Positions 17,134 to 29,229 of a stretch of DNA of 64,000 nucleotides are shown in pieces; the first letter of the stretch is position 1, and each line of letters starts with the position of its first letter. The position numbers and the translations under genes are program-made. Below the pieces are notes generated by a model that worked only from the letters and a program-made list of their open reading frames with translations, was not told the origin of the DNA and did no database searches. This DNA is from Zygnema circumcarinatum SAG 698-1b (lineage: Eukaryota > Plantae > Zygnematophyceae): positions 868,001 through 932,000 of the forward strand of contig CM074806.1 of NCBI GenBank assembly GCA_037447605.1, read 5' to 3'.

Positions 17134-18657
17134 TTAAACAACAGTGATCTGCCCCTGCATCCACGGGTGAGGTGGGCAGTGGAAGCCAAAAACTCCCTTC
17201 TGAGTGAATGTGTAGCTGTAGGTGAAGGGCGGAAACTTAAGATCCCAGCCTCCTCCAACGCCTTGGAACATATTCCGCGCTTCATCATCATCTGCGGAAT
17301 TACAGAAACAAAGATATATTGAAGGTCAATTCCTCGGAGAACTATCCACCAGCAACCTTTAAAATTCATTCATTCTAATGTAAGGACATTCACTAGCTTC
17401 ACATTGCTTGAACCAAGTAAACTGCATACCTTGAAAGCCGTGTGGTCCGTCCAAGTACTCCCATTTCACTGTGGTTCCTACGCTGACTGTGGCGGACGAC
17501 TCCGCCGGCATCACATCATAGTACCACTTTAGGTTCACCACTTGCGGGGGAGGAGGAGAGAGCTTTGCTGCAGCATGGGGCACCCAAGCACAGGAAACAG
17601 AGGGCCATTTAGGGTTACAGTATTGGGAGGGGAGAGACGGCTGCCGTCGACACGATAATGTACGAACAAGCCTCTGCATTGATTAATTCGGTCCACTGGT
17701 AAAACACTAATTGATGAGTCCCAAAAACAAAAGAGGTAAAGGGCGAGTGCACGTACAAGGCGGAGGCGACTTTTTCATCGGAGGGGGGGTCGACTTTTTC
17801 ATCGGAGGGGGGGTCGACTTCTTCATCGGAGGGGGGGTCGACTTTTTCATCGGAGGGGGGGTCGACTTTTTCATCGGAGGAGGGGTCGACTTTTTCATTG
17901 GCGGCGGCGGAGGCTTATTCGTTACCGCTGCAGCGACCCCCAAGGCAAAACCGCCATCATCAACAGCATTACACGCAAATGCATGGTCGTACATACACAT
18001 CCGCATACATACATGCACAGAGGCATGCATGCGCACAAGCACACGCCCCCGCCCATGCGTGTGCTCTTCTATGCATGGTGCGTGTTCCATACATCGACAA
18101 ATGTACTCGTATGCCAAACACAAAGGCCACCGCAGAGACGTACCAAGTCTGCGGGCGGAGCGGAGCATCTCCACGCCGGCGCCCGCCGTAGATTCGGTCG
18201 CTGCCAATATGAGCACCCCGCATTTGTGTGAGAAACGTTAGCCACACGGCATGCCGCAGCACACCAAGCAGAAGAGGGTTGGAGCAGAGAGCCTGTCATC
18301 CAGCGGAACACGCGAAATTGAGCAAGTAGTGACTGCCGCGAGTCGAGGGCTGACAAAAGGGCAAAATGCGGCCTACCCTCTTCCAGTCGCCGCACGAGGC
18401 CATTCCCCGCCTCTCCCGCGCTGACATCGGCTTCTGCATGTGCCATTACATCACCACAAGCCACTTTACATCACATCACCTCACATTGCATCACATCGCC
18501 TCACATTGCATCACATCCAGGCCGTTACAGGAAGGCGAGGGGCACACCAAGTAAGCGAGAGCCTACCCGAAGTGACGGAAACGACGAAGAGGAGCAGCAG
18601 GAGTGCGCCGCAGGCCGACATCTGGACAGCGCGGCGGTGCATAGCCATGGCGGCCAT
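17134..18657 (-). CDS. Secreted extensin-like repeat + type-1 blue-copper (amicyanin-like cupredoxin) protein, copy 1 (223 aa)
   Basis: Six exons with phase-1 GT-AG introns: 18657-18567, 18433-18377, 18200-18144, 17927-17757, 17567-17430, 17291-17134. The product is signal peptide, (PPPMKKST)x6, then ...TVSVGTTVKWEYLDGPHGFQ...YSYTFTQKGVFGFHCPPHPWMQGQITVV*. Confidence 0.88.
17757..17912 (-). repeat. 24-bp coding tandem repeat (PPPMKKST) x6
   Basis: Direct reading of GGGGTCGACTTTTTCATCGGAGGG-type units. Confidence 0.95.
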
Positions 18658-19198
18658 GGCTGCTCCGGTAGTGGAAGGAGAGCCGGAGAGTGGGCGAGAG
18701 AGAGGGGCGGAGGTGGGGAATAACTTCTTTTACCGCCTGCTGCGCCGCCTCTTTAGCCGCGGGTGCGTTGTTACGGTGACCAAATCCAGCGGACAATAGA
18801 CCTTACGGTACGGTACAGCCGTATGGTACGGCTGGATGGATCGTGTCCGTATACTATTGTCAACGAAGTTCAATGCGTAATGCTCTGACAGGGGAAGTTC
18901 AGCGAATGAAATGGCGCCACGTGACAAAATGTTAAACTGGTAAATGTTCATAAAAGCACCAGGACGCTACAAGTACAGTATCCGCAGTACGGACTTGCCT
19001 GTTCCTAGAGCCCGCCCGCCCGTGCCCGCGGCCCGCGAGAGGGCCTCGCTCGGTCACGCGAGTCAACCGGACGGGACCGACAAAACGCGGGTGCCGCTGC
19101 GGCCACGTGAAAGGACTCTGTTGGGCCACGTGGTCGCCGTACGAGGGTGAGGGCGGCAGCAGCCAGAGGCAGGACCGACTGTTGGGGGCGGCGAGGCG

Positions 19199-19283
19199 GC
19201 GGATCCCATAGAATTCCGCAGCTAAGCGCCAGTGCGCAGGAATAGTACTGGGATGGGTGACCTCTCTGGAACTGTTGCACCCG
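19199..19283 (+). pseudogene. 5'-truncated 5S rRNA-derived sequence
   Basis: GGATCCCATAGAATTCCGCAGCTAAGCG...TAGTACTGGGATGGGTGACCTC...TGTTGCACCC aligns with plant 5S rRNA from nt ~29 to the end, including A-box- and C-box-like segments. Confidence 0.8.
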
Positions 19284-20075
19284 AAAAAAGCTTTTGCTTT
19301 TCTGAACTTCAAGAAAAAGCACAAAAAGATGGAAGATGTCTCTGAACTTAAACGACTCTTTTTTGCTTTTTTTTTCCTTTGTTTTTTCTCTTTTCCAAGG
19401 CCGACTATAACTTGAAATGTGAAACTTCAAAATGAGCCTACAGGCAAGCAGTGCATGCATGCATACAACCAAGCAGGCAAGCAGTGCATGCATGCATGCG
19501 ATGGCGCGGGGGACAAATGGCGAAAAGGAGCGCTCGTTCACCTTCCAAATTTGCACTCCGGCGCCGTGTGTTGCTGAACGAGAAACACGTAGGTGGCCCC
19601 GTAGGCTGGAACTGCCAACGGGCCAATGCCGCCACATACCTCCATGGAACGCCGCCCTCCGTGGGTTCCATGGCGGCGAGGCCGCCCCCTCTCAACGGTC
19701 CTCCGTCCACATAGACTCTCATCCGCGAGCGGACGTGGCGCCACAAAGCTCACACGTGCTGCTCGTCCCCTGCGTCCGTCAGAGTGTCCTTGACGACCTC
19801 CAAGAGCATACGTTTTGAGACGCCGGTCGCTTGTTTTTTTCAAAAAAGCGCGTTTTCAATATCTCGTGCTTAGCCACTTGCAGGCTTTCCTTCAAGCTCA
19901 CCTTTTCGTTGGTTGTTTTATTTCTTTTAAAAGGCAGAGAGCGGTTGTACAGGGAGTGATATTTTTATGCTTGTATCTGAAACTTTCGGCCTTTTTTACA
20001 GCAGGAGCTTCGTTTCTTCTTTTTTAAGAAGTTCAAGAAATTGGCTAGTTCTTACATCCGCAGGGAAAAGCAACC

Positions 20076-22021
20076 ATGGCTTCTCTGCTCTTTCAGCAAG
20101 CAGTTGTCGCTCCGTCTTCATTTGTAACGCAGCGTTTCCACCATGGCTTCTGTCCTTGTCGTGCTCCCGCCCTGGCTTTGAAGAAGACGACCATCTCAAC
20201 AATCGGTTTGAATGCTGTTCGAGCAAGCGGAGAAGGTGAAGACATTCCTAAGGAGGATCACACGAAAAAAAGGTAGAATTGCGTCAAACAAATTGAAAGA
20301 AACCTTCAAGAATGAAGGATGTTCTATTCAGTAATCAGTGTCTGGCGCTAGCTCTTTGAATAATTGTGTTAAATCAGTCTGAAATTGCTTCCCTGCTGAC
20401 AGCTATATTCAGTGTTGCTCTGCGTTGGACAAGCTGACGATGCCTTTTTTTATCGGTCGGATGCGTTTGTCGCCGCTTGTGTGATGTTTGGCATGTGCGT
20501 CATCATCGCCATGTTTTCCTTTTTTTGGAGATTCTGTGTGTTAGAGTGCAGCTCAACTTCAATTGTAGTTTCCTGAGCCATAAAAACTGCTTATGTTGGC
20601 TTCATTAGGATTTCCAGAGAGGAATTATCGACTTAACGTCATCCGTTAAAAAATTTAAAATGTTCAAGGTCTTCTTCTTATGTCCTTGTTGTACTGCAGT
20701 TTTGAAGACGCTATTATTGTTGCAGTCAGTTTAGTAAAGGCTTGAGATTTGTTTCTAGGAGGATAGCCAAAATCACCTCTCTGGTCGACACTGTTCGGGT
20801 TACTTGTCTGCTTATATCAACAGCTTACCATAAACTAGTAATTCTCTTACGAGCAAATTAGAATATAAATTTGCAGTGCACGTACAACATCAGAGCAGCA
20901 CCGAAAAAAAGTATGAATTGAAATTCTCCTGGCTTCGCATAGGCTGCTGGCATGGTGCATCTCATCTTTTTATGGCGAGTTCACCTGAGAATGAGCTGCG
21001 GAATCGAGCATTCTGAAAAGCTCATCTGAAAGCCTTGCAACCTGCATATTGTGGAGCCTGCGTTCTTTCTAAACTGTTATCATTCTCTCTTTGCACAGTA
21101 ACCTTTGCTTCCAAGACTAGTCGAGTGGGCCACACCCGGCCCCAGCATTTCGACAGTGGTCTTTGCAAAAGTCAACCGGGCTGTCACTCTCAGAGCACAC
21201 GTGTAGCAATAAGTCTCTGCAAGATGGCTGACGGGGTTTCTCTTTGCTGTTCATGTTTGGCAGCATCAACGAAAGCTGCAATGGTGGAATTCAGAGAATG
21301 ACTTCTGTTGCAGTGGCTCTTCTAGCAGCTGGCACGCTTTTGATGATGCCAGCTGGCGATGCCCTTGCTGCAAAGTCAGGAGGGCGCGTTGGTGGTTCCG
21401 CTTTTCGATCCTCTCCTCCACCATCAAGATCTGCTCCACGTCCGCCTCCTCAAGTCAACAGGTCAAGGTATAATTTTGTCACTCTTTATGGAACAGTGAG
21501 GACACCTGTACTTGTTGAAGTGGTTAATTTTTGTGAAGGAATGTGATTTCTGCCTCGCCGTTCATAAATCTAAACATTTAGAAAAAACCGATCAAGATAT
21601 AGAGGCAAAGCAATTCCTTCGTGAAGCCTTCAAATGCTGGCAAGTTCAGGCATTCACAGAAGCTATCCTCTCATTAAGATAGCCTGTTGTGAGAAAACTG
21701 TTCTGGATTGGTTGACAGTCTGAACATGAACCGTCATACCATTTGTCTGACTATGAACCTTGGGACTGCTGCAGGACAAGTGTATTTATTAGTCCGCCAG
21801 CGATTGCACCTCCCATTTTTGGCTATGCTCCAACCCCGTTCTTTGGAGGATTTTCCCCTTTCTCTCCTTCCTATGGTGGATACTCGTATGGCCCTACTGT
21901 CGCAGTTACCGGGGGAGGCGGCGGCCTGTTTTCGTTTCTGTTTTTCTTTGTGATTGCTGGTGTGGTCTTCAACGTTATTCGCAGCCTTTTTAGAGGACCA
22001 CGGGATGACGATTATGATTGA
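20076..22021 (+). CDS. Small plastid-type Gly/Pro-rich membrane protein (AAKSGGRVGG family; resembles Arabidopsis At5g57345 and the N-terminus of DUF1517 proteins)
   Basis: Three exons (~20076-20272, ~21264-21468, ~21775-22021). Transit-peptide-like start, ALAAKSGGRVGGSAFRSS, a Pro/Gly/Tyr-rich segment, a TM helix and an acidic C-terminus (RDDDYD*). The family assignment is from recall. Confidence 0.75.
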
Positions 22022-22707
22022 AGCACCCTTTGACTGCTTTTGAGCATCTGCGGAAAATTTGTTTAGCCGAGTTGACAGAGAAATGCCTTTTTTCTCTCCA
22101 CCAGGAGTTCAATGAGTGGCTTACAGCACCTGTTTGGTTTGGCCACTTGTTTTTTTCGGGGGGTTGTGTTGCAACAGATAAAGCTTTAGAGAACGGGAAA
22201 AGCAATTGAAATTTTGACGAAACTTTGCGAGTGTGTGAAATACTATATTTTAGGATCAGGAAAACCGTGTCTAGCAAAGTAGGGAGGCGTCGATTCTATA
22301 ATATCGGAGTATATTATAGTGATGTTTCCCTTCATACGCAATGTTAAGAGTGGTTTATGATTTCACATGTGCGTGTTGCTTTCGAACTTGCTTGGTACTT
22401 GCTGACCTTCTCCTTCGTCCTTGTTTCCCTCTCACTCTCTTTCTCCTGTCTTTTCATCTTCTCCATCTCCTCCCTCCATTTCCCTCGCCCTCGCTGCCTT
22501 TCCCTCTTCGGGCTTTACCGTGCCATTGCCATTCACCTCATCCTTCATTTCCCCTCATCCCATCCATAAAGCCATGCCCTTGTCCAGCAATACATTTTCA
22601 TTCGTCTTTCCGAGAAATGGGTGCAAGTGATAACAGGAACCGAATGGCAGGCTTGTCTGACTACAGAAGCTCCTTTTCTGATCGGTTTTTGAGACTGACC
22701 TGGGATA

Positions 22708-24395
22708 CCATTTCAGCGGATATTGTTATTTTTTACCCCTCGTGTTAAAGCTGTCCATTACTGCTGATGTTCTCGCATGCTGTTCTGCCCTTTTGAACTT
22801 GTGCAGCTTCCAGCCGTACTTTCTGAAGGCCTGACTGTGGTTGTATCCCCCCTCCTTTCCCTCATACAAGACCAAGTTACGGCGTTAGTTCATGAGAGAG
22901 GCATTCCTGCAACATTCCTGTCCTCCTTGCAGACTTCACAACAAGCATTCAGCGTTATCCAAGAATTGAAGTAAGGCCTTCACTTGCTTTCCTTGTGGCT
23001 TCCACGTGTGTATGAGCCAAAGTATGCATGCCAGCTGTCTCCCTGAAGACGTGTGTTGTGGCACAATCGATTGAATTCTCCTTCAACGATGCATTCATCG
23101 CGATTGCATATTGCAAGAATTTGATTCTAACTGTTGTGCAGAAAACAACGTCCCACATGCAAGTTGCTCTATGTGACTCCAGAAAGGATTGCCGGTAGCC
23201 CATCCTTCCAAAGAATTCTCGAACAGCTGCATTCTAGGGTTAGGCCCAACTTTCCTTCCCTTGGAGCTAATCAACCACTCACTAGAGAGCAGCGAGTTTC
23301 CTCGCTACATGAACTTCCACACTTTAAATGAAGCCTCCATTTCCGTTGAATATTTTGACTTTTCTAAACTCTGGTTGTTCCTGGCTGAGCAGGGGCAGCT
23401 GGCCCGCTTCGTTATCGATGAAGCTCATTGTGTGAGGTAGTATTAACCATTTCTATATACAGCTTTTCCAGATGTACAGCTTACAACTTCAAGCTCTTTT
23501 TGCTTCTTACGAGCGTGAAGGCTGAGCTCGTCATAAAGTCAGCTTAGACGTTGTAGGGTTCTCCGGCTTGTGCAGCCAACGGGGAGTGGAAGCCAGAGTG
23601 GAATCGTCGATTGTCTGTCAACGAACGAATGCATTCGAGTGTGGGAGTATCTCTGCAAGGAGTTGAAGCTCAATGTGGGATACTACCGTGCAGGCTTGTC
23701 ATGCATAGCATGCCCAAGTCCATTGAGGGCTACTATCAAGAATCGGGTCGGGCCGGACGAGACGGTTCGTCTGCAGGCTGTTTAGTTTTGTATGGAAAGA
23801 GGGATATCTCGCGCATTATCTGTATGCTCAGGAAAGGCGGGCTGGGCAAAGGGAGCTTTCGACTAGGGATGGAGCAAGCCAAAGCTATGCAGGCCTACTG
23901 TGCTGACCAGGTACACCGCACTGCAGGACAAAGAGCCTCCCTCCCGGCCCTCCCCCCCTCCCTCCCCCTCTCCTCCCCCTCCCCTTCCACACATCCCCCT
24001 CCCTTCCCTCCCTCTCTTCCCTCCCCCTCCATACTTCTTCCCTCTCCCTCCTTTGAAACGGATCTGTTTACGTTTCTCATGACCACAATTCATGACTTTT
24101 CACGAGCTCATTATGCGCAGTAATGTCGCTGATGCCACCTTCTCCTGAGCCATGCTTGTTTCATGGCTGCAGACAGACTTGTGGCTAGAAGCTGAGTGTG
24201 GGGTCGTTGGCTGTTTCTATGGCTGCAGATGAAATGCCGACGGCAGATGCTGCTCGGGCATTTTGGCGAAGCATTTGATGCGGCTGCTTGCAGTGGCGGA
24301 ACTAACAGATGCGACAACTGCAGTGACTCGCTGGGCAACTAAATCGGAGGAGCATCTGGAAGACTTTTAAAAAGCTTGCAAAGCAGACTGGAGGA
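22708..24395 (+). pseudogene. Truncated duplicate of RecQl1 (3' part)
   Basis: Near-identical to 14040-16570 but lacks the 5' exons, has two internal deletions (junctions ~23585 and ~23700) and an earlier TAA at 24340-24342. Confidence 0.9.
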
Positions 24396-25056
24396 CGAGG
24401 TTAATGGATGGATGTTAATGGTAGCATCCTTTTCATCCAAGTGGCGTCAGCGTGGCATCCATTGCACGGCGATGGCCTCGTGACGACCAGGTCTCGCGGC
24501 TCAACTCGATTTCAAAGACTTTGCGTGGCTATGCCACATGCTTACATTGGCAGCAGTGGACGCCCGTGGTTTGATGGAACCATCATGTTGTCGTTGAAGG
24601 TGATGATGATGTTGTTGTTGATGATGATGATGAGGATGACGATGACGATAATTAGTTATCTAAAGACTTGAGAGGGAGGCAGGGCTTCCTCCCGATAAAT
24701 CACACTATAGCTGGCATGCACTTAGCATATGGCAAATCTCAGAAGTCAACCTTCGATAACAAACACGTTCAATCATGAACACAAACACACACCGGGTCAG
24801 TGCTCTTGGCATCCAACGGCTTCGTTGTGCTTCGAATAAAGTGCGGTACCAGTACATGGTGTGCAGATGCAAAGGGTCCTCTCCAACCACAGAGCGCAAC
24901 CTGACCAGAATTACCTCGCACAAGAAAAGCCATTGAGTTACATTATTCAAGTACCGGCGCCAAAGGCTTTACCCTTTTGGTCCTACTACTTTCGACCGCT
25001 CCCACCCAAATAGATTACATAATAAGATCCACCGGCAGTGGGGCCGCTACTGCTGT

Positions 25057-26624
25057 TTAAACAACAGTGATCTGCCCCTGCATGAACGGGTGAGGTGGGC
25101 AGTGGAAGCCAAAAACTCCCTTCTGAGTGAATGTGTAGCTGTAGGTGAAGGGCGGAAACTGAATATCCCAGCCTCCTCCAGGGCCTTGGAACATATTCCG
25201 CGCTGCATCATCATCTGCGGAATTCCAGAAACAAAGATATATTGAAGGTCAATTCCTCGGAGCACTATCCACCAGCAACCTTTAAATTTCATTCATTCTG
25301 ATGTACGCACATTCACTAGCTTCACATCGCTTGAACCAAGTAAACTGCTTATCCAGTCAGTTGGCATCCCAGATTGCCACGTGTTCTCTGCGAATCGCTA
25401 GCTGTCCATGGTTCTGTCACATACCTTGAATGCCGTGCGGGCCGTCCAAAAACTCCCAATTCACTGTGGTGCCTACGCTCACTGTGGCGGAGGACTCCGC
25501 CGCCGTCACATCAAAGTACCACTTTAGGTTCACCACTTGCTGGGGAGGAGGAGAGAGCTTTGCTGCAGCATGGGGCACCCAAGCACAGGAAACTGAGGGC
25601 CATTTAGGGTTACAGTATTGGGAGGGGAGAGACGGCTGCCATCGACACGATAATGTACGAACAAGCCTCTGCATTGATTAATTCGGTCCACTGGTAAAAC
25701 ACTAATTGATGAGTCCCAAAAACAAAAGAGGTAAAGGCCGAGTGCGCGTACGAGGCGGAGGCGACTTTTTCTTCGGAGGGGGCGACTTTTTCTTCGGAGG
25801 AGGGGGCGACTTTTTCTTCGGAGGAGGGGGCAACTTTTTCTTTGGCGGCGGAGGCTTCCTCCTTACCGCTGCAGTGATCCCCAAGGCAAAACCGCCATCA
25901 TCAACAGCATTACACGCGAATGCATGGTCGTACATACACATCCGCATGCATACATGCACAGAGGCATGCATGCGCCACGCCCCCGCTCATGCGTGCGTTT
26001 ATCATGCATGGTGCGTGTTCCATACATCGACAAATGTACTCGTATGCCAAACACAAAGGCCACCGCAGAGACGTACCAAGTCTGCGGGCGGAGCGGAGCA
26101 TCTCCACGCCGGCGCCCGCCGTAGATTCGGTCGCTGCCAATATGAGCACCCCGCGCTTGTGTGAGAAAGGTTGCGCCACACGGCATGCCGCGGCACATTA
26201 TCAGAGGGAAGCAGAAGAGGGTTTGGGCAGAGAGCCTGTGAGCATCCAGCAGAACACGCGCAAACTGAGCTAGTAGGGACTGCCGCGAGTCAAGTGCTGA
26301 CAAAAGGGCAAAATGCGGCCTACCCTCTTCCAGTCGCCGCACGAGGCCATTCCCCGCCTCTCCCGCGCTGACATCGGCTTCTGCATGTGCCATTACATCA
26401 CCACACGCCTCGTTACATCACATCGCCTCACATTGCATCACATCGCCTCCACTTGCATCACATCGCCTCACATTTCCTCACATCCCGGCCGTTACAGGAA
26501 TACGAGGGGCACACCAAGCAAGCGAGAGCCTACCCGAAGTGACGGACACGACGAAGAGGAGCAGCAGGAGCGCGCCGCAGGCCGACATCTGGAGAGCGCG
26601 GCGGTGCATCGCCATGGCGGCCAT
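25057..26624 (-). CDS. Extensin-like repeat + amicyanin-like cupredoxin protein, copy 2
   Basis: Same six-exon layout; four PPP(P)KKK[S/L] units; C-terminus FHCPPHPFMQGQITVV*; splice sites retained. Confidence 0.85.
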
Positions 26625-27331
26625 GGCTGCTTCGGCGAAGGAAGGGGGGAGAGAGTGAGGGAGAGAGAGAGGATGAGAGAGGAGGAGAGAGCGCCACATC
26701 AACCGCCTGCAGCGCCGCCTCTCTAGCCGCGGGCGCCTTGTACGGCCTCCGTACAGGGCCTACTGTACAGTACAGTACAGTAATACAAAATCGAGCGGAC
26801 AGAGGACCGTACGGTATCATACAGCCGTGTGGTACGGCAGGGTGTCCGTACATATTTGTCAACGAAGCTTAATGCGCACTGCTCGGACAGGGGCGGTTCG
26901 GCGACTGAATTGACGCCACGTGGCAGAATGTAAATTGGTCAAGGTCCGTAGAAGCAGCAGGACGCTACGAGTAAAAGGCGGCAGTGTAAGACACGACAAT
27001 TCTCAGTACCGAATAGTTTATAGAATGCGTATTTTATTAAGCTTAAAGCAGCACCAGTATAGAGAACTCTTTCTGATATGTGTTTGACGGGAGATTCTTC
27101 TTCCTCTGTACGGACTTGCCTGTCCCTAGAGCCCGCCCGCCCGCGTTCGGGGACCGCGAAGAGGGCCTCGCCCGGTCACGCGAGTCAACCGGACGGGACC
27201 GCCGGAACGCGGGTGCGGCTACGGCCACGTGTCCGGATTCTATAGGGCAACGTGCCCACAGTACAGTACGACAAAGGGGGCGGCAGCAGCCAGCTCGTTG
27301 GCAGGACCGATAGTTGGGGGTGGCGAGGCGG

Positions 27332-27416
27332 CGGATCTAATCAGAATTCCGCAGCTAAGCGCCACTGCGCAGAAATCGTACTGGGACGGGTGAGCTCCCC
27401 GGAACTATTGCACCCG
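27332..27416 (+). pseudogene. 5'-truncated 5S rRNA-derived sequence (copy 2)
   Basis: GGATCTAATCAGAATTCCGCAGCTAAGCG...GTACTGGGACGGGTGAGCTCC...TTGCACCC, paralogous to 19199-19283. Confidence 0.7.
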
Positions 27417-27530
27417 AAAAAGGCTTGTGTTTTTCTAAACGTCCCATTTTTTTTATTTTTTATTTTCTCTTTTCTTAAGGCGTCTACAACTTGAAATGTG
27501 AAACGTCAACATGAGCCTAAGCACGCATGC

Positions 27531-27773
27531 AGGTCTGAACCGTAGGTCCATGTGATGAAGGAGCTTGAACGCAACTTGTGAAAACCCTTGGGTAGTGTGA
27601 TCAAGGGCAAGCACAGTTTAGGTGGGGAGGAAAGTAATAGAATGGTATACAAGGAGTTGTATGGCCTGGTACCTAAATCCGCGGTTGTCTTTTAAAGGTT
27701 AAAAAACACGGTTGAACCGTGTGGGTACCGGAAGGTCTTGAGATCAAACCCTGCTTGAGGCTTGTTTGCTACA
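27531..27773 (+). mobile_element. Diverged partial TRIM (internal region, PPT and 3' LTR)
   Basis: Similar to the reverse complement of ~43583-43815; PPT AGGTGGGGAGGAA; ends in GCTACA. Confidence 0.65.
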
Positions 27774-27779
27774 GAAGTG

Positions 27780-28220
27780 GAGCTTGGGGTACACTTGTCC
27801 ATGTTAACTTCGCCAAAACCTCCTTAGCGTACTTCTCTTGGCAGAGGAACATGTTGCCATCCTTCCCCCTCTTAAGCTGAATGCATAAGAGATACTCTAT
27901 AGGGCCGAGATCTGACATCTTCTGCTACAAGAGGTCCTTGAGACTCTAGATGCTCTTCATAGAGGGGCTCACAATGATGAGGTCATCGACGTAGATGCCT
28001 ACAAACATCCGATCATCGCCCTCTCCCTTCTTGTACACTAAGTGGTCAGCATTGAAACGAGTGAAGCCATTCTTTACAAACAGGTTGTGGATCGTTTGGT
28101 ACTAGATCATCGGTGCTTTCTTGAGTCCGTATAGATTCGTTACAAGTCTGCAGCTAAGGTGCTTTACTCTTGGTTCAACCGTCCCCTCTGGTTGCTATAT
28201 GTAGATCTCTTCAACAGGTT
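27780..28220 (-). mobile_element. Degenerate Ty1/Copia reverse-transcriptase fragment
   Basis: The minus strand reads ...DRMFVGIYVDDLII... around 27975-28015, with a LYGLK-like motif upstream and stops. Confidence 0.75.
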
Positions 28221-28222
28221 TC

Positions 28223-29200
28223 TGTTGATGTATAGCGCACATCAAGGTGTTGGTACTTAGTTCCTAGCATGAATGTTATCCGGGAGATCAATGTGCTGGT
28301 ATAGGAACAATGTCCATGCATGAATGGTCATGTTTGGTGTAGGACCGTACAAGGGGGGTGCCCATATTGTTAGGGCACAGTACGGTAGGTCTAAGGATGC
28401 TCTAGGGTCGTAGGTTACGGCTTAGGCTTAGACCGTACCAAAGGGGGTGCGCGGAATGCGCTTGAACGAATGGAGCGCGGCGTCGTTATGGACGCGGCGA
28501 TCTTTGGCGCGAGCGGTGGATCTGCACGAAGGGACATGATTGGTCGCGACAGCGTGCAGAACGCGACGCAGTCTTCGTGCGTGACGTGATGCATTGTTCG
28601 GCAGTGTCGGTGGAAACATTGGAGATGTCGGCAGTGAATGAGGAGGCGACACGTGGACCCGTCCGCGGCTCTGACGAGGTCAACTGAGAAGGGGACCGAG
28701 TCGCGGGCCGCAAACATGTACGGCTGGGCGGCGGCACAGCACGGACGACCTTTGTGTAGGTCGGTGCTGGCGTAGGTTCACGTGAGGCCGCGACGCTGGC
28801 TGTTGAACGGCCTGCTTAGCTGTTCACTGCATGCACTCGCTAGTGCGTCTGTGACATGACATTGAGTGGTCACATCACGCCGGCCGCCATTGTTTAAGAG
28901 GAAGTTAAGCATAGCTCTCCTACTCACTCTCTCTGAATGTTATGCTGCTCGGCCTATGTTTTTTAGGAAAATTATGAGGAGGCTCAGGCCTAGAGGAGTC
29001 CGGCCTTATGTATGAAGGTCAAGAAGGAACTAGCTCTCATCATTCTAAGCTTTAGTGAAAGAGTTAGATGATGTGTCCCTCAAGGGTTGAGGTAGAGGAG
29101 GAGTTCATGTAGGCAAGTAATGCTTGGCTACTGTAGTAGGGGTGTAAGCTATCTATCAGAGGATAGGATAGTGCTCATGTGAGGAGGAGAATCTAGCTTA
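28223..29200 (+). mobile_element. LTR family A fragment
   Basis: Starts TGTTGATGTATAG and is homologous to the first several hundred bp of the solo LTR at 49699; the end is not defined. Confidence 0.65.
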
Positions 29201-29229
29201 ATATGTAGATTTCCTAAGGAGCTTGTATT

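Noticed and set aside
17043-17369. ORF 'PQMMMKRGICSKALEEAG...' and its paralogues
   Set aside because: Wrong frame of the last cupredoxin exon; phase-1 splicing gives the copper-ligand frame.
17711-18241. Plus-strand GGGDFFF/GGGVDFFI repeat ORFs (also 25706 and 38101)
   Set aside because: Antisense shadows of the Pro/Lys repeat exon.
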